A stretch of 64,000 nt of DNA from the human T2T-CHM13v2.0 reference genome, Homo sapiens. The notes below the pieces were generated by a model. It ran no database searches. It was not told where the DNA came from and worked only from the letters and a program-made list of their open reading frames with translations. Below, piece by piece: positions 1-42,757 of this stretch. A program made the translations under genes and the position numbers. The DNA lies in assembly GCF_009914755.1 (NCBI RefSeq), contig NC_060926.1, one strand, 5' to 3'. Every line of letters begins with the position of its first letter. The stretch's first letter is position 1.

Positions 1-99
1 GTAAGGGTCTTGCACTATACATAAAGTAGTATAATTTGAAGGTAGACTATAAGTTAAATTTCCACATTGTAAGCCTTAGAGCAATGACTTTTAAAAAAG

Positions 100-880
100 C
101 TATGTTCTATATCTGGATTTAGGTGAAGTTTACACAGGTAGGTGTGTGAGTTTGTGTGGATACACATATATATTTGTCAAAATTCATTAACTTATAATCT
201 TAAAATAGGTACATTTTATTGTATGTGAATTCTACCTCAATAATGTTTGATTTTTTTTTTTTTGAAGTGGTCAGGCAGATTTGAAAAAGAACCAAATAAA
301 ATGTTTTAAATGTTTCAAAAAACATAAATGCTAAAGTTATAAACTTAGACATCATGTTAAACAGTAGATTAGATACAGCCAAAGAGAATATTAGTGAGCT
401 GAAAACAAATTTATGAAAATTGCCAAAATACTATATAAACACTGAAAAATTGAAAGAAAGTAGAGACACAGAAGATAGAAGGAAAAGTCTTAAAAATGTC
501 TTATCAAATTCTAAGAATTAAAGGGAAGAAAGAGGATAAGTAATCATGGTGATGACAGAAAATTCTGCAAAACTGACCCAAAAAACTAGAGTCTACACAG
601 AGAGCACAACATATTCCAAGACAACACTTTTAAAATTCATGAACATGTTATAATAAAATTGTAGAGTTTAAATAACAAAGGTGAAATATTTAAAAGCAGC
701 CAGAGAGAAAAGATAGATCACCAAACAGCAATTGGTTTTATAGCTGACTGTTCAACAGCAACAATGGAAGCCAGAAAAAAGTGGAATAATATCTTCAAGA
801 TCTTAATATAGAGTAACTATCAACCAGAACTGTCTTTTTAAAATGAGAGAGAAAAAAAGAATGAAGACATTTTTGGCAAA
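100..880 (+). mobile_element. Old L1 (L1M) fragments: 3'-end piece then ORF1-like piece
   Basis: A-rich; L1-type motifs aaagcagccagagagaaaag and caacaatggaagccagaa...gtggaataatatcttcaa. Confidence 0.6.
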
Positions 881-1139
881 CCAAAATCTGGTATTATAAG
901 CCTGTGTATTTTGAGAAAAAGCAGAAAACAAAAGTGTGTATATGTGAGTCTTCATGGAAACTATATATAGTTTTACTCTCTGCAGCTTTTTGCATATAGT
1001 TTTGTGTGTACATGTAGTGTTACATATATGCATAAAAATGTATATTACATAGGATATAGAATACATAGAAAGAATTCCATATATGTACATAGAATTATGT
1101 TTCATATGGATATAGTCTAGGTATAAGTATACCTCTAAA

Positions 1140-1332
1140 TAGCTCTACCAATAGAGCTTTCTGTAATAATAAAAAATGTTTTATATTTGGGCTAATACCA
1201 TTGCCACTAGCCACAGGTGGCTATTAAGCCCTTGAAATGTGACCGAAATTTTTTGTTGTATTTAATTTTAATTAATTTAAACATAAACAGTTGCATGTGG
1301 CTAGTGACTACAATATAAGAAAGCACAGCTAT
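1140..1332. mobile_element. MER3/MER33-like hAT-Charlie element
   Basis: Internal inverted motifs gccactagccaca...tgtggctagtgac around an AT-rich core. Confidence 0.7.
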
Positions 1333-1638
1333 AGACTGATGGTGGGAAATGGAAGCAAATCCATTGAAATTGGATGGTGATTGTCTCCAACTGGTAGAAT
1401 TTTGCTTTATATCTATCTGTATTTATGCATTCCTTTTATAATATGAAAAAGCTTATTTAAAATTATGCATTATATTTCTAATTCCTAATTTGAAATAAGT
1501 CGTGATTTTACCAGAAAATTTTAGAATTAAACTTTAATAGTGTAGAAACTGAATTAGCACTTAATCCTTATAGTGTTTATCTCTGGATATTTTTATGCCA
1601 ACAAAGAGTCTTGCAACGGAAACTTCATTTTTTTTAAG

Positions 1639-1755
1639 TTCTTTTTTCTTTTTTTGGTAGAGAAGAGGCATGTTGTCCAGGCTAATCTCAAACTCCTGGC
1701 TTCAAGCCATCCTCCTGCCTCAGCCTACCAAGGCATGAGACACCACACCCAGCCA
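1639..1755 (-). mobile_element. Alu left monomer (FLAM-like)
   Basis: T tract then tccaggctaatctcaaactcctgg...caccacacccagcc. Confidence 0.8.
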
Positions 1756-2850
1756 GAAACCTCATTTTCATTTAAGTAAATCAGCTTTGAGTTTTCACAT
1801 TAGAATAAAATCAGTAGTTTCTTTACAACAATATTTCTTTTGCACTGTGATGGATCTAGATAGGATTATTTGTAAAAAATGCAAGAAAAGATATTCTATC
1901 TCAGAGACATCATGGATTTATACTCTGAAAATATAAAAATAAGTTAAAATGTTGAAACTTTCACTCATTCATCTAATTGTATATCATAATTTTAAAAAAG
2001 ACATCTTTGGGTTTGTGGTTGCATACAATTTAACAAATATTTTAATAAAGTAGAAAATAAAATTAATGGTTGAGATGAAGAAAGGATTTAATATTAGATT
2101 ATTAAGAAATTGGGAGGACACACTATAAATTCTTCCAGTTTGCCTCTGACCTCCTTACCATCCCTCTCCCATACCAATTTGCTTGAATTTAGCAAGAGTA
2201 AGAATTATCTTAATGGGTCCCATTAGTGCCTACAATATGCAGTCTGCATAATACATTTGAGACATCAGCATTCTGGTATTTAGGCTGTAGCTTAACTCGG
2301 ATTTTAAAAAGAATGCCAATGTTCCATTCATTGTTTCACCCATTGTTTGAAAACAGAGTGGGGAAAAAAAATGAGCTATTTTCAAATGTCAGCAAACCCT
2401 GGTAACTGTAAATGTTCAGAGCTGTCAATCCATGGCACATCACAGAGGTTTAATTCAGCAGTACGTGTATAAGCAAGTATCACTGCCAGCCATGAGTTCA
2501 GACTACTAATACAAGTTTAATTTCTACTCTGCACATCCTTTAGTACTACAAGTATCACTACATTTAAAAAATTCACCATATGCAAGGACAAAACTTGGGT
2601 ATGTTAAAGCTCTCTTCATTCGATTACATTTCAAAGTATCACTCTGAGATATTACAAAACAGATCATTTTCATGATAATCATGTTTTTCCAAACCATAAC
2701 ATGCATTGTTTTTTAAGTGGAAGACTTAAATGCTAGCTGTCCTTAAGTAGCCCACAATTTGACTGAGACACAAGATAGTCACAAACACACATCTAGAGTA
2801 AAATTCTAAGGTAATAAACAAATGATGCCATGGTACTATAATCTGTGTGG

Positions 2851-3328
2851 TGTTAACCCTAAAATTAAGGGTCAATATTGTGTGTTGCCTTGACATCTGG
2901 CTTGATTGGGAGGGCCTCAAATGGTTTTCCTGAAGTTCCCTTGCCCCCAACTCTGTTCCCATGAAAAAGGTTCCCTACCCAAACAACCCTCCCTGCTTAT
3001 CACTAAATTCAGTTCCTTACCAGCCGACAGAATTATTTAAATAAGCCAATCACGTCCTTGGGCGAAAAGTGCGGGTCATCCCATTTTCTTGATACCACAC
3101 AGCCTGCTTCCCACAGCCTCTGGTTCCTCATTCTCTTTTCTAGTGCAATCCCCACGTGGCCCTGCATGGCATGGCGTCCTCTTGTCCTTGGCTGTTAGTA
3201 TGCGTGACTAATAAACTGCTGCCAATCACATCTGTTCAGTGTCAGATGTCATGAGTTTAACCATTCCCCTAATGCTAGGGCAGGAATCTCTCCATCATCA
3301 GCAGGGTGAATAGGGGGTGATTAAAACA
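2851..3328 (+). mobile_element. Solo ERVL-type LTR (MER54/MER73-like)
   Basis: TG...CA ends (tgttaaccc...ttaaaaca), CCAAT and internal AATAAA, about 480 bp. Confidence 0.65.
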
Positions 3329-6300
3329 GGATGTACCTCATAATACTGTAAGAAGTGTAGTTTTAGAAAAAGACCCTTATGATGGCTGTCTGAAAAGGTT
3401 TTGTGAAAGAGGTTGGTCTGGATGGAGATTAGTATTAGGATCTTACTTCTGGGATTCTCTGCTGAAGGAGCATATAGACAAGAAATGATGACAAAATAGT
3501 CAACAAAACACTGATTTCATTAGCTAGACAAAGACCCATTGCAATAATAAAAACTTTAGTAAAAACTAGATTACAGAAATTGATTTAGGATAGGAGGCCA
3601 AAGTGAACTCTCTTATTTCTTATACTCTCTGCCTTGAAGTCTATACCCTCCCGCCAAACAGTTGCATGATTATGGATGACTGGTCCATCAGCTCCAAGGT
3701 GCAGGTAGGACAGAGAGAGTTGAGATGAGGAAGCCAGCTAAGGCAGGCCCTGCCTGCTTCATGCAAACCCTGGACACAGGAAGTGAGAAAGGGCAAGGTT
3801 GTATACCATCCCTGAGCACAGACTTTAATACAACGAACGTGGTCCCAATCAAAATCTTCTTCTAACAATCTGATTAGCAAGTTCGTTCTCCAGCGGAATG
3901 AAAGTGGGTAAAGAGAAGGATGCCAGAAATGAAGTGACAGTTTCCTTCTAATCCATGAACTAAGGCAAAAATAACTCCATTCCCCACAAATAGGACAGAA
4001 TATATTCCAGCAAAGTTAATTAGATCAACAAACAGAGTAAAACAGAAATGAGGAATGTCTGTGGAAAACCAAAGTACAGTTTGGAGCAAGGAATCCAAAT
4101 TGTGGAGGTGTGAAACCAATGGAACCAGTGTTAAGATATTCATATTTTTTTGAGTGTGTGAAATCCAAAGCCAGAAAAGAGCTAAACAACCACCCAAGAA
4201 AAGAACATGAAGTCTCATCAAAAAGATGAAATCTTTTTTGCCTATCACCAACGTCTCAGGATACCCTAGGTAAGTCCAGTCTCTGACACTCGTAACTTCC
4301 AGTGAACAATTCCAGAAGCAGGGGGATACCAGTGGGCTGGAGAGGAAGAGAGGGGTCTGTATAAAACTTAACGAGATGCTTTTGCCATTCATTCAGGAAA
4401 TATCTACTGAGAATCCGCCAGGTACCAGGTACTATGCGTGGGGCTAGGCAAAACAGAGAGGAGTAAAGACAATCTCAACTTCTAAAACACTTATATTCTG
4501 ATGAAAATACTGATGGATAAGAAGTCAATGAGCACTTGCTATGTGCCAGACAGTATACTATGGACCACCTTATTTTTACTCTCACGAAAACTCTGTGAGG
4601 AAGGCAGGTGCTATAATTATTATTTTATAGATAAGGAAATATCAGAAAGATACAACTTGCTCAAGGTCATGCAGCAAAGAAGCGGCTCCAACTCCAGAGC
4701 CCAGCTTGTAACTATTATGCTATACAGTCCTTCAAATAGTGAATGAGAAGCAAAGAGAATATTCACAATAGGAAGGAAAATTCAGGTCTATCTATATTCA
4801 GTTCAGAAAAAAAGACAAAGAATCTAAGTTTAAAAATGTTCATAGAGAAGGTAAAAATAAAAAGTTTAAAGAGTAGTAGCCAGAAGAAGTAACATAAGCC
4901 TCACGTTACTATATAAGAATATAAAGTGATAGAAGATAATAAGCTTGGAATATAACCCCATGAAATACACCCAAGATAAATTTAAGTAACTTAAGTTTCT
5001 ACTACTTAAGTAACTTCAAGCATTCATTAGGAAAATAACATACTTAGAATCATTATATTTTACACTAGTGAGTTTTTCTGCTCTCATCCAAATTAATCAA
5101 ACCACAATCAAGTTAAAGTACAAGTCTCAAATTAGTTATGTGGTCCTATCTTCTACATTATTTGGGCTCATGTTTAGAGAGACAGATACGAGTTTGGAAT
5201 AGCTGATCTCATGAGTGGGCTTCTCAGCCTAATATTCTTACAGAAATGAAATCTGGTTTAAAATAAGGATTAATAGCAGGCTCAGCAAACAAACAGAATC
5301 TAAAATATAAACAAAAAAGCAAGGGCAAGCAACAGTTTTGCAGGGAGGCTATTACCAAAGTGCATGCTGATGGAAACCACAGTTTACACACCAGAAGTTG
5401 TCTCCTTCTGTGAAACTAATCCCAAGAGGGTGGGGTTAGGACATTAGCGTAGCCAGCTATTGGATTTCCTAATGATGATGTCTCCCACTTGTTAAGCAAG
5501 TTCTTTCGTGTGTAACTGCTCCTTCAAGCTTGCTAGGTAGGTAGGGTAAATGGTAGCATCCCAGTCTACAGATAAAGACAGAGGCTCAGAGAGGTCAGAT
5601 TTGCTGACTGTCTCAGGGATGATAAACAAAAAAGCCAGCCCCAAATCTGGATTTCCAACAGGAGAATCTCCTGCCCTTGTTCACTGTGGTGGCTTAGACA
5701 ACAATGGCTTGCAAGGCTTAGACCTGAGGCAACAATAGCCCCCCAGGCTTCCCTGTAGTCCCCATAAGGTTGACTAGCCATGACGTAGGTGAAACAAGGT
5801 CTGTGATGCTTTCCATATCTATTCTCTACATGGCAAAAAATTGTGGAAATGCTGCATTTCTTTCTAATGGTTATTTCTTTTATAAACAGAAAAGGTTTTC
5901 TAAGATTTCTTTTCCTGAATCTTACAACTCATTATTAAAGTCTAGAGGTTGGTAGAGAAAGCAAGAAAAAGAGAAGCTCAAATCAGCTAAATAGTTTGCT
6001 CCCAGACTTACTATAAGAGGATAAAAAATATGGCTAAGTTTCCAAACTCTTGAAAAGCTTATAAATGCTGCAGTAATTAACTACAACTTAAAGCACATAA
6101 TGCCATTATAATTAAATGAGGGGAAAAGTGTAGGTTAGAATAATAGTTTAAAAGAAATGACTTGCAAAATCTTTATTTGCCACACCATTTTGAAAAGAAA
6201 GACATAGGTCTAGGAGATACCTGAGGTAAACTAAACTAACACTTATTAGCATTGTACTTTTCTTTTTAAAAGTTTTAATTGACAAATAATAATTGTCCAT

Positions 6301-6883
6301 ATTCATGGGGTACAAAGTGATGTCTCGATACATGTAATATATAGTATGCACTTTTCTACTTAAAACCTCAACTGTGATTTCTTTTTAGGCATATTCTTTT
6401 AGGTCAAAACCCTCATTGTCCTTTAAATGGCATCTTACCTCCTAACTTCACTTTTTCTACAGAAGGAAAGAATTTTTAAATTTATCATAAGGTCCACCCA
6501 TCCATATCAACATCACTACCATTGTTTACCGGTTCGGTGGCATAGTCTCAAAATTGTGGCACCATATAAAGTCATAAGTCAGATTCATGGTGATTTGTGA
6601 TTATGCACTTATTCTTGGCTTGTTATTGTTTCTGTTTTACAAACCATGCAACCTAAGCTGCTGCATGTGTGTCAGAATGCATTGTGTATGACATTTTACA
6701 AGCAGATGGAGCACACTCACTCTTCCCAACAACCCCATCACTGAATGCATATATTATATTCTCTTCCCCTATTACAGCCTTCCTATCTCAAAGCCTTCCA
6801 CCTACCATCCATGGACTCCTATAACATGGCTGACTTCACTTTTTCTACTTATTTTTCCCAATTTCATACCATAGTGTTCCTAA

Positions 6884-7230
<347 letters not shown>

Positions 7231-7898
7231 AAATTTTTATTGTTATCATTTACACCAAGAGGTAGAAAAACTAGATATAGAGGTAATGAGGTATGAATAT
7301 AGAGAGACACTTGTCTAAAAACAAATCTGGCTGTATTGCTTTCTAGCTGCCCTTAGACAAGGGGCAAGGGTGGGGAGAAATAATAATTATTGGGTACCTA
7401 TTTTGTATAATGGGCCTTACGTATATTATCTTATTTAATATAATAACCCTACAAGATAACTTCTTTTATCCCTACTCTGTTAGGGTCTTCTTTTCTGTAT
7501 TTTAAAGATTAACAAGAGAAATACTGAATATCTAAAGCTCAAATAATTTAAGTAACTTGCCTAAAGTCACAGAGCTAGGATTTAAACTCAGGTTTAAACC
7601 CAAAGTTCAATAAATATTAGCTATCCTCCCCCAGGAAAAGTACAGAGAATGGCAATTTGTGTTAATCAAAGGGATCAAAAATAGATTTTTTGGGCAAAGT
7701 TTAAGAACTTAAGTTTTCTTTTAGCTTAAAAGGAAGTTCTAATTGCCATTTTAAAAATGAGATTCTCTAAGTATATTGAACAGATATTATCTATTTCCAC
7801 AAAAAAAACACTTAGAAATTAAAAGTAGTTTATATTTTGTGGGATATAAAGGATTTTCTGTGTCTGTCTTATTCACAGGACCTATTATTTGGAAGATA

Positions 7899-8192
<294 letters not shown>

Positions 8193-8457
8193 ATTTGTAA
8201 GATAATTTTCTAGGTGCCAGGAATTTCAAAGAATAAACTAAAATTTCATGTTCCAATGAGAATAGGCCACAATACAGAAGGTACTCAAATACAGAAGATA
8301 AATACTGGCTTGGCTATATGTTAGCTAATAAGATATAGTGATGACCTACAAGGAAGATGATCACATCTCTGGACTTCTTCAAATAGAATGAGGAAAATCG
8401 TTTTTAAGAGAAGCTAGAAGACATAGAAAACCTTCAAAACTAAAGAGCTTAGGCTAA

Positions 8458-10794
8458 TGATATGGTTTGGCTCTGTGTCCTCACCAAAATCACATCTTGA
8501 ATTGAAATCCCTATGTGTCGGGGGAGGGTCCCGGTGGGAGGTGACTGGATCATGGGGGCGGTTTCCCAAATGATGTTCTCATGATATTGAGTGAGTTCTC
8601 ATGAGATCCGATGGTTTTAAAGTGTGGCACTTCCCCTCTGCCTTCTCCTGATGCCATGTAAGACATGCCTTGCTTCCCCTTTGCTGTCCACCATGATTGT
8701 AAGTTTCCTGAGGCCTCCCCAGCCATGCTGAACTGTGAGTCAAATTAAATCCCTTTTCTTTATAAATTACCCAGTCTCAGGCAGTTCTTTATAGCAGTGT
8801 GAAAACAAACTAATACAGAAAATTGGTACCAAGAGAAGTGGGGCACTGTTGTAAGGATACCTGAAAACGTGGAAGCAACTTTGGAACTGGGTAAAGGTCA
8901 CAGGTTGGAACATTTTGGAGGGCTCAGAACAACACAGAAAAATGTGGGAAAGTTTGCAACTTCCTAGAGACTTGTTGAATGGTTTTCATCAAAATGCTGA
9001 TAGTAAAATGTACAACAATGTTCAGGCTGAGGTGGTCTCGGATGGAGACAAGGGAAGAACTTACTGGGAACTGGAGCAAAGGTCACTCTTGCTGTGCTTT
9101 AGCAAAGAGACTGGCTGCATTTTGCCCCTGCCCTGGAGATCTGTGGAACTTTGAACTTGAGATTATTTATGGTATCTGGAAAGAGATTTCTAAGTAGCAA
9201 AGCATTCAAGATGTGACCTGGCTTTTTCTGAAGTGTATAGTCATATGAGTTCACAAAGACATGGTCTGAAATTGGAACTTAATGTTTAAAAAGGAAGCAG
9301 GGCATAAAAGTTTGGAAAATTTGTAGCCTGACCATGTGGTAGAAAACAAAAACCCATTTTCTGGGGGAGAAATTCAAGTCCAAGCCAGCTGCAGAAATTT
9401 GCATAAGTAATGAAGAGCCAAATGTTAAGACAATGGGGAAAATGTCTCCAGAGCATTACAGAGATCTTCATGGCAGCTCCTCCCATCACAGGCCCAGAGG
9501 CTTAAGAGGGAAAAATGGTTTCATGGGCCAGGCCCAGGGCCCAGCTCTGTGCAGCCTTGGAACAGAGCACCCTGCAACCCAGCTGCTCCAGCTATAGCCG
9601 TGGCTAAAAGGGGCCAATGTACAGCTCAGGTCATTGCTTTGGAGGGCACAAGCCCCAAGCCTTGGCACCTTCTATGTGGTGTTGGGCCTGTAGGTGCACA
9701 GAAGACAAGAGTTGAGCTTTGAGAGCCTCTGCCTAGATTTCAGAGTATATATGGAAATGCCTGAATGTCCAGGGAAAAGCCTGCTGCAGGGGTGGAGAAC
9801 TCATGGAGAACCTCTCCTACGGCAATGCAGAGTAGAAATGTGCGGTTGGAGCCCCCATACAAAGTCCCCCACTGGAGCATTGCCTAGTGGAGCTGTGAGA
9901 AGTGGGCCACCATCCTCCAGACCCAGAATGGTAGATCCACTGAAAGTCTGTACTGTGCACGTGCAAAAGCGACAGGCACTCAACACCAGCCCAAAAAAGC
10001 AGCCGCAGGGGTTGGACCCTGCAGAGCCACAGGGACAGAGCTGCCCAAGGCCTTGGGAGCCCAGCTCTTACATCAGCTTGTCCTGGATGTGAGACATGGT
10101 GTCAAAGGAGATTATTTTGGACCATTAAGATTTAATGAGTGCCCTGTTGGGTTTTGGATGTGCATGGGACCTGCAGCCCCTTTGTTCTGGTCAATTTCTC
10201 CCTTTTGCAATGGGAGCATTTATCCAATGCCCGTACCCCCAATGTATCTCAGAAGTACTTAATTTGCTTTTGATTTTACAGGCTCATAGGCAGAAGGGCC
10301 TTGTCTCAGATGAGACTTTGGACTTGGACTTTGAGTTAATGCTGGAATAAGTTAAGACTTTGAGAAACTGTTGAGAAGTCATGATTGGTTTTGAAATGTG
10401 AGAAGGACATGAGACTTGGAAGGGGCCAGGGGTGGAATGATATGGTTTGGCTCTGTGTCCCCACCCAAATATCATCTGGAATTGTAACCTCCATGTTGTC
10501 AGAGAAGGGACCTGGTGGGAGGTGACTGGATCATGGGGGCAGTTTCCTTCATGATGTTCTCATGATAGTGATTTCTCACGAGATCTTATGATTTAAAAGT
10601 GTGGCACATTCCCTCTTGCTCTCACTCTCACCACCATGTAAGACATGCCTTGCTTCCCCTCCACCTTCTACCATGATTGTAACTTTTTTGAGGCCTCCTC
10701 AGCTATGTGGAACTGTGAGTCAATTAAATCTCTTCTTTATAAATTATCCAGTCTCAAGTAGTTCTTTATAGCAGTATGAAAATAGACTAAAACT
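8458..10794 (+). mobile_element. Full-length THE1D-type MaLR (LTR 8458-8817, internal 8818-10437, LTR 10438-10794)
   Basis: Two similar ~360-bp LTRs starting tgatatggtttggctctgtgtcc; 1.6-kb internal part starting gaaaattggtacc and ending in a purine tract. Confidence 0.92.
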
Positions 10795-11257
10795 ACTAGT
10801 GATTCCTAACCTTTTGAGAATGATATCACCCCAGCCATGTTTCATTTTGCAATGTTCCTTCTTCAAGAAGCTAAATATCCATAGCCATTCATTCAACCCA
10901 TCTTCACCCCATGACCACTCTATTTAAAATACCACTGCATTATGGAAATGTCCCTTCACTATTTTCTCCACCTAAGACAGGCTTTTTCATTCACCCTTTG
11001 TTTGGTCATGCAACATTTATACAGGCAACTGTATTTGGGATTATTTAAAAATAAACCTTAAGTCATGAAATCATAGAGGTGGGCAAATTAATAAAATATA
11101 AGCCCTCCAAATTCATAAAATACAAATTTCTTCATTCAATCAGGTAAACTTGCAAACTAGTGATTTCTGATCATTTTGTAGTAACTCAGGCTGTTTTAAT
11201 TCTTTCAGGAGATCTCATGTAATTAAGATTTTAATTTATATATCTATATGAATATAA

Positions 11258-11598
<341 letters not shown>

Positions 11599-12880
11599 CA
11601 TACCCAGGATTATTTATATCAGAAGTGATCTATATGATTTCTACTAGAGATTTTTACCCTTTAGGAAATGTAACAATTTATACTTATTTGTTTAGTAATA
11701 TGTCTCTCTTAAAAGCATGCTACAAATCAATTAGCTTTGAACCTCGACCAGAGGAAAACACAGGGTCCCTTTCATTTCTGTGATTTATTTGAACCTATCC
11801 ATCTTCAAAGATGGGCAGACCTAACACTACCATTTTTCATTTCCATTATCCTCAAATTCATGTATATTCTGGTTTGATAAAATTTTTATAGTATAAGATA
11901 ATGAAACAAAGACAACATAATGCATGCACTTAATGAATCTTCTACCCTACTAGTTATAAAAATAGGAAGACTAACAGCTAACTCTTAGTGAGTGCTATGT
12001 GCCAGGATAAGCTCTCTGAACGTATTTTCTAATTTAATCCTCACAACACATGTATATGAGGCAAATAAATTATCTTTTAAAAATAGAACTAGGACTAGCT
12101 TTTGTTTATGCCATATTTTTGAGATCCTCACCTGTATCACACGCACAACATTGAAAAAAGAACTGAGAGGAAGCTGGATCTCCCTGAGCCTCAGCTTTCC
12201 TATCAGGTTATACAACTGTGCCATTCTTTACTTCTGGAATTTTCCTATGGTTACAAAAAAATGTTGAAAATTTTCTACATCTATAACATTTTGGATGTGC
12301 AATTTCCATCTTATTGTGTTCCCTCACATATGGTGTTCTTGCTCAAAGAGCATCGGTATTTTTAACTTGCATAATATTAGTACCTACTTTGAATTATTCT
12401 TCATTGACAAGAATCCAAATATCTATCACAAATTAGAAAATTACATGTATTATTTAAGCTAGTGTGTTCATTGATTTTTCAGACAAATTTTTCAGTAGAA
12501 TCACTGTATTTTACATTTGGAAGAGATCATGAAGACAATATGAAGTTATCTTTTTACAAGTCAAAATCTATAGCGCACAGAGGTTTAAGTGTCTCTCCTA
12601 GGTCAATGCTTAGTTAGTAGTAAAAACCACTAATGGCAGCCCAGTGTTTTTTCTGTATAAAAAACATCAAAAGTTATTATAAAATTCATACTTTTATGCG
12701 GCACCCTGCAGAGAATGCACCAGGAATAAATAATTGGCACATTATTATACTATCAGTACTGCAATGTGATACTTTGTCTATCAGTTATATAATGCGTTCA
12801 TGTATCATTGATGTTTTGGTCACAGTTTTTTGTTTTACTGTATGTCTTATGTCTCTAACTAGATTGTGACTTCCCTGTGA

Positions 12881-13228
<348 letters not shown>

Positions 13229-13549
13229 TAGCTTTTAATAAGTCCTAGACATATGCAAGCTACTTAACAGAGATTGACATAAATATATTTAAAACTAATA
13301 CCATACCGCTCAAAAGAGAGGCAAATGACTCTAATCCTGTACGGATGCAGGTGAACTTGTCAGTCTGAAAGGATCAAGTTGAGAAAATGCCCTCATTTCT
13401 TTAAGCCCTGAGATTGTTCCTGAGGGTAAGTGGTTTTAGGACTTGAAGAGACTGGTGAAGGTTGAAGCAGAAATTAGGGGGAATGATGAGGGAGTTGACT
13501 AACCCTCAAGGACATGTGGCAGCATAAGCAGATCAAGTTGATCAATAAA

Positions 13550-13775
13550 AATAATGGCAAAGCACTTACTAAGCATCGGGCCCTGCTCTCAGTACTCTGC
13601 CTGTATTAAATCATCTACACCTCACAACAACCCTAGGTATTTTCCCCATTTTGTGGATGAAAAAAATTGAGGCTCAGAGAGGTTAGATCATTTGCCCAAG
13701 TGAACTAGCTAGTTAAGTGGTAAAGCCAGGTTTCAAACACTGACTGCTCCCAGACCCTAAGCTCCTAATCACAGT
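13550..13775 (-). mobile_element. MIR
   Basis: Core ccccattttgtggatgaaaaaattgaggctcagagaggttagatcatttgcccaag. Confidence 0.75.
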
Positions 13776-14974
13776 GTGATGGTTAGGATAAGACCAGATA
13801 AGCAGGTGGTGTTTAATACAATGCCTAACAAATGCCTGGTCCCCTAGTGGAAGCTCAATTGCTATTAGTTCCCCCTGCTTTCTGGTTTTCAACCCACTTG
13901 CCCCATATTTATTTACTCATCCACTCCTTACTCACCAAACACACACACACACAATGACACATTCACACACACTCCAGTCTTTAACAACGAAGTCCACACT
14001 CAGGTATTTAGGTCACTAGGTGTCAAATCTACACATATATTCTTCTTCCTGATAGGATTTCAGGTCACATACATAAAATGAGTCCTAGGACCAACCTCTG
14101 CTCTCCCATCACTCTCCAAGGTGAATGTAAACACACACACGAACACTGACTCTGGATTCCAAACATATACGTATGCATAGCCTGATATAAGGCAGAATTC
14201 AACTCTGGACTTTTCTTTTTCCGTTATCCAGGGAAATGCGTGAGTTACTATGACAGATGCCAAAGACTTTTGGCTCTGGTAGTGGAAATTGGGAGGCAAT
14301 GGTGAAATGAAGTAAGAAATTCCAGGGCCAGAAGGTGGATGCAAGTCAGCAACGGCTTTTCCCAGGAGCTTGCTCTTTTTGGGTAAGTGCTACACATACA
14401 AGCCCCAACCCGCTGCCTAAGCTACCCTATTCTGAACCCCGCTCAGGCTGCAACAGATGACACACAGCAGGGAGCCTCATTTGCAGGAGATGAGTGTTCC
14501 CTTGCTCTATTTTAATCCTGGCAGCCCAGCCGGGGAAGGTTTTGTCAGAAATGGTGGAAAACAGTGACAACCAAGCTTTCTGGAGTAAAGGCTAGGCAGC
14601 TCAGGAGCAACGAATCACGACTCGCACAGTATTGTTAACAATACAAGGGAAAACAAGTATCCTTCCCGCCGGCCCGCACTTTTGCAGCCAGCTTGGGCGA
14701 CCCGTGGCAGCGCTTTGACGACGACCTGCCGGGCTCCGGAGGGCGGGCACGGCGGAGACGGCAGCAGCGCTGCCCCGCAGCTCCGGAAACAGCCCTTCCC
14801 CTATCCTCAAGGACCAAATCAGTCCTGATAAACACCCCTCCTGGCCCTACAATGGGAAGGGCAAGTTCAAACGCAGGGCGTCGAGCCCACACGCCTAGAG
14901 ACGCGGCCAGGCACCCCCGCCCTCCTCGCCGCGCAGTCGCGCACAGTGAGCAACAGTCCAGCACCAACCCGGCT

Positions 14975-15015
14975 TAACTGCGCCTGCGCACTCCAGGAGT
15001 TTCCCCCCACGCCCC
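14975..15015. promoter_or_regulatory. MYB (TAACTG), NRF1 (TGCGCCTGCGCA) and KLF/SP (CCCACGCCCC) motifs
   Basis: TAACTG 14975-14980, TGCGCCTGCGCA 14979-14990 (one mismatch to the NRF1 palindrome), CCCACGCCCC 15006-15015. Confidence 0.55.
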
Positions 15016-15034
15016 TTTCCGAGGACTAGCGCCC

Positions 15035-15047
15035 GTCGCTTAGCAAC
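15035..15047. promoter_or_regulatory. RFX X-box GTCGCTTAGCAAC
   Basis: Matches the RFX motif GTYRCY-N-RGYAAC, about 100 bp upstream of the ATG. Confidence 0.75.
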
Positions 15048-15148
15048 GCGCGAGTCACAGTCGCCGCGCTTTGCGCACCCTTTTCCTGGCAGGGCTGCGT
15101 CCCTGTTCTTCCCAGGAGGCTCCTCGCTGCCTGGTGCCGTAGAGGCCC

Positions 15149-42757
<27,609 letters not shown>

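Larger units (their letters stand above)
14650..15145. promoter_or_regulatory. CpG-island promoter of CIMIP6
   Basis: Only CpG-dense, GC-rich block in the window; lies directly upstream of the ATG. Confidence 0.9.

Noticed and set aside
3874-4392. 172-aa minus-strand ORF, the longest in the window
   Set aside because: Hydrophobic F/L-rich composition is what the antisense of purine-rich DNA gives; no recognisable domain, promoter or splice context.
8915-10475. Cluster of ORFs including a 132-aa one
   Set aside because: All lie in the THE1D internal region and are broken remnants in several frames.
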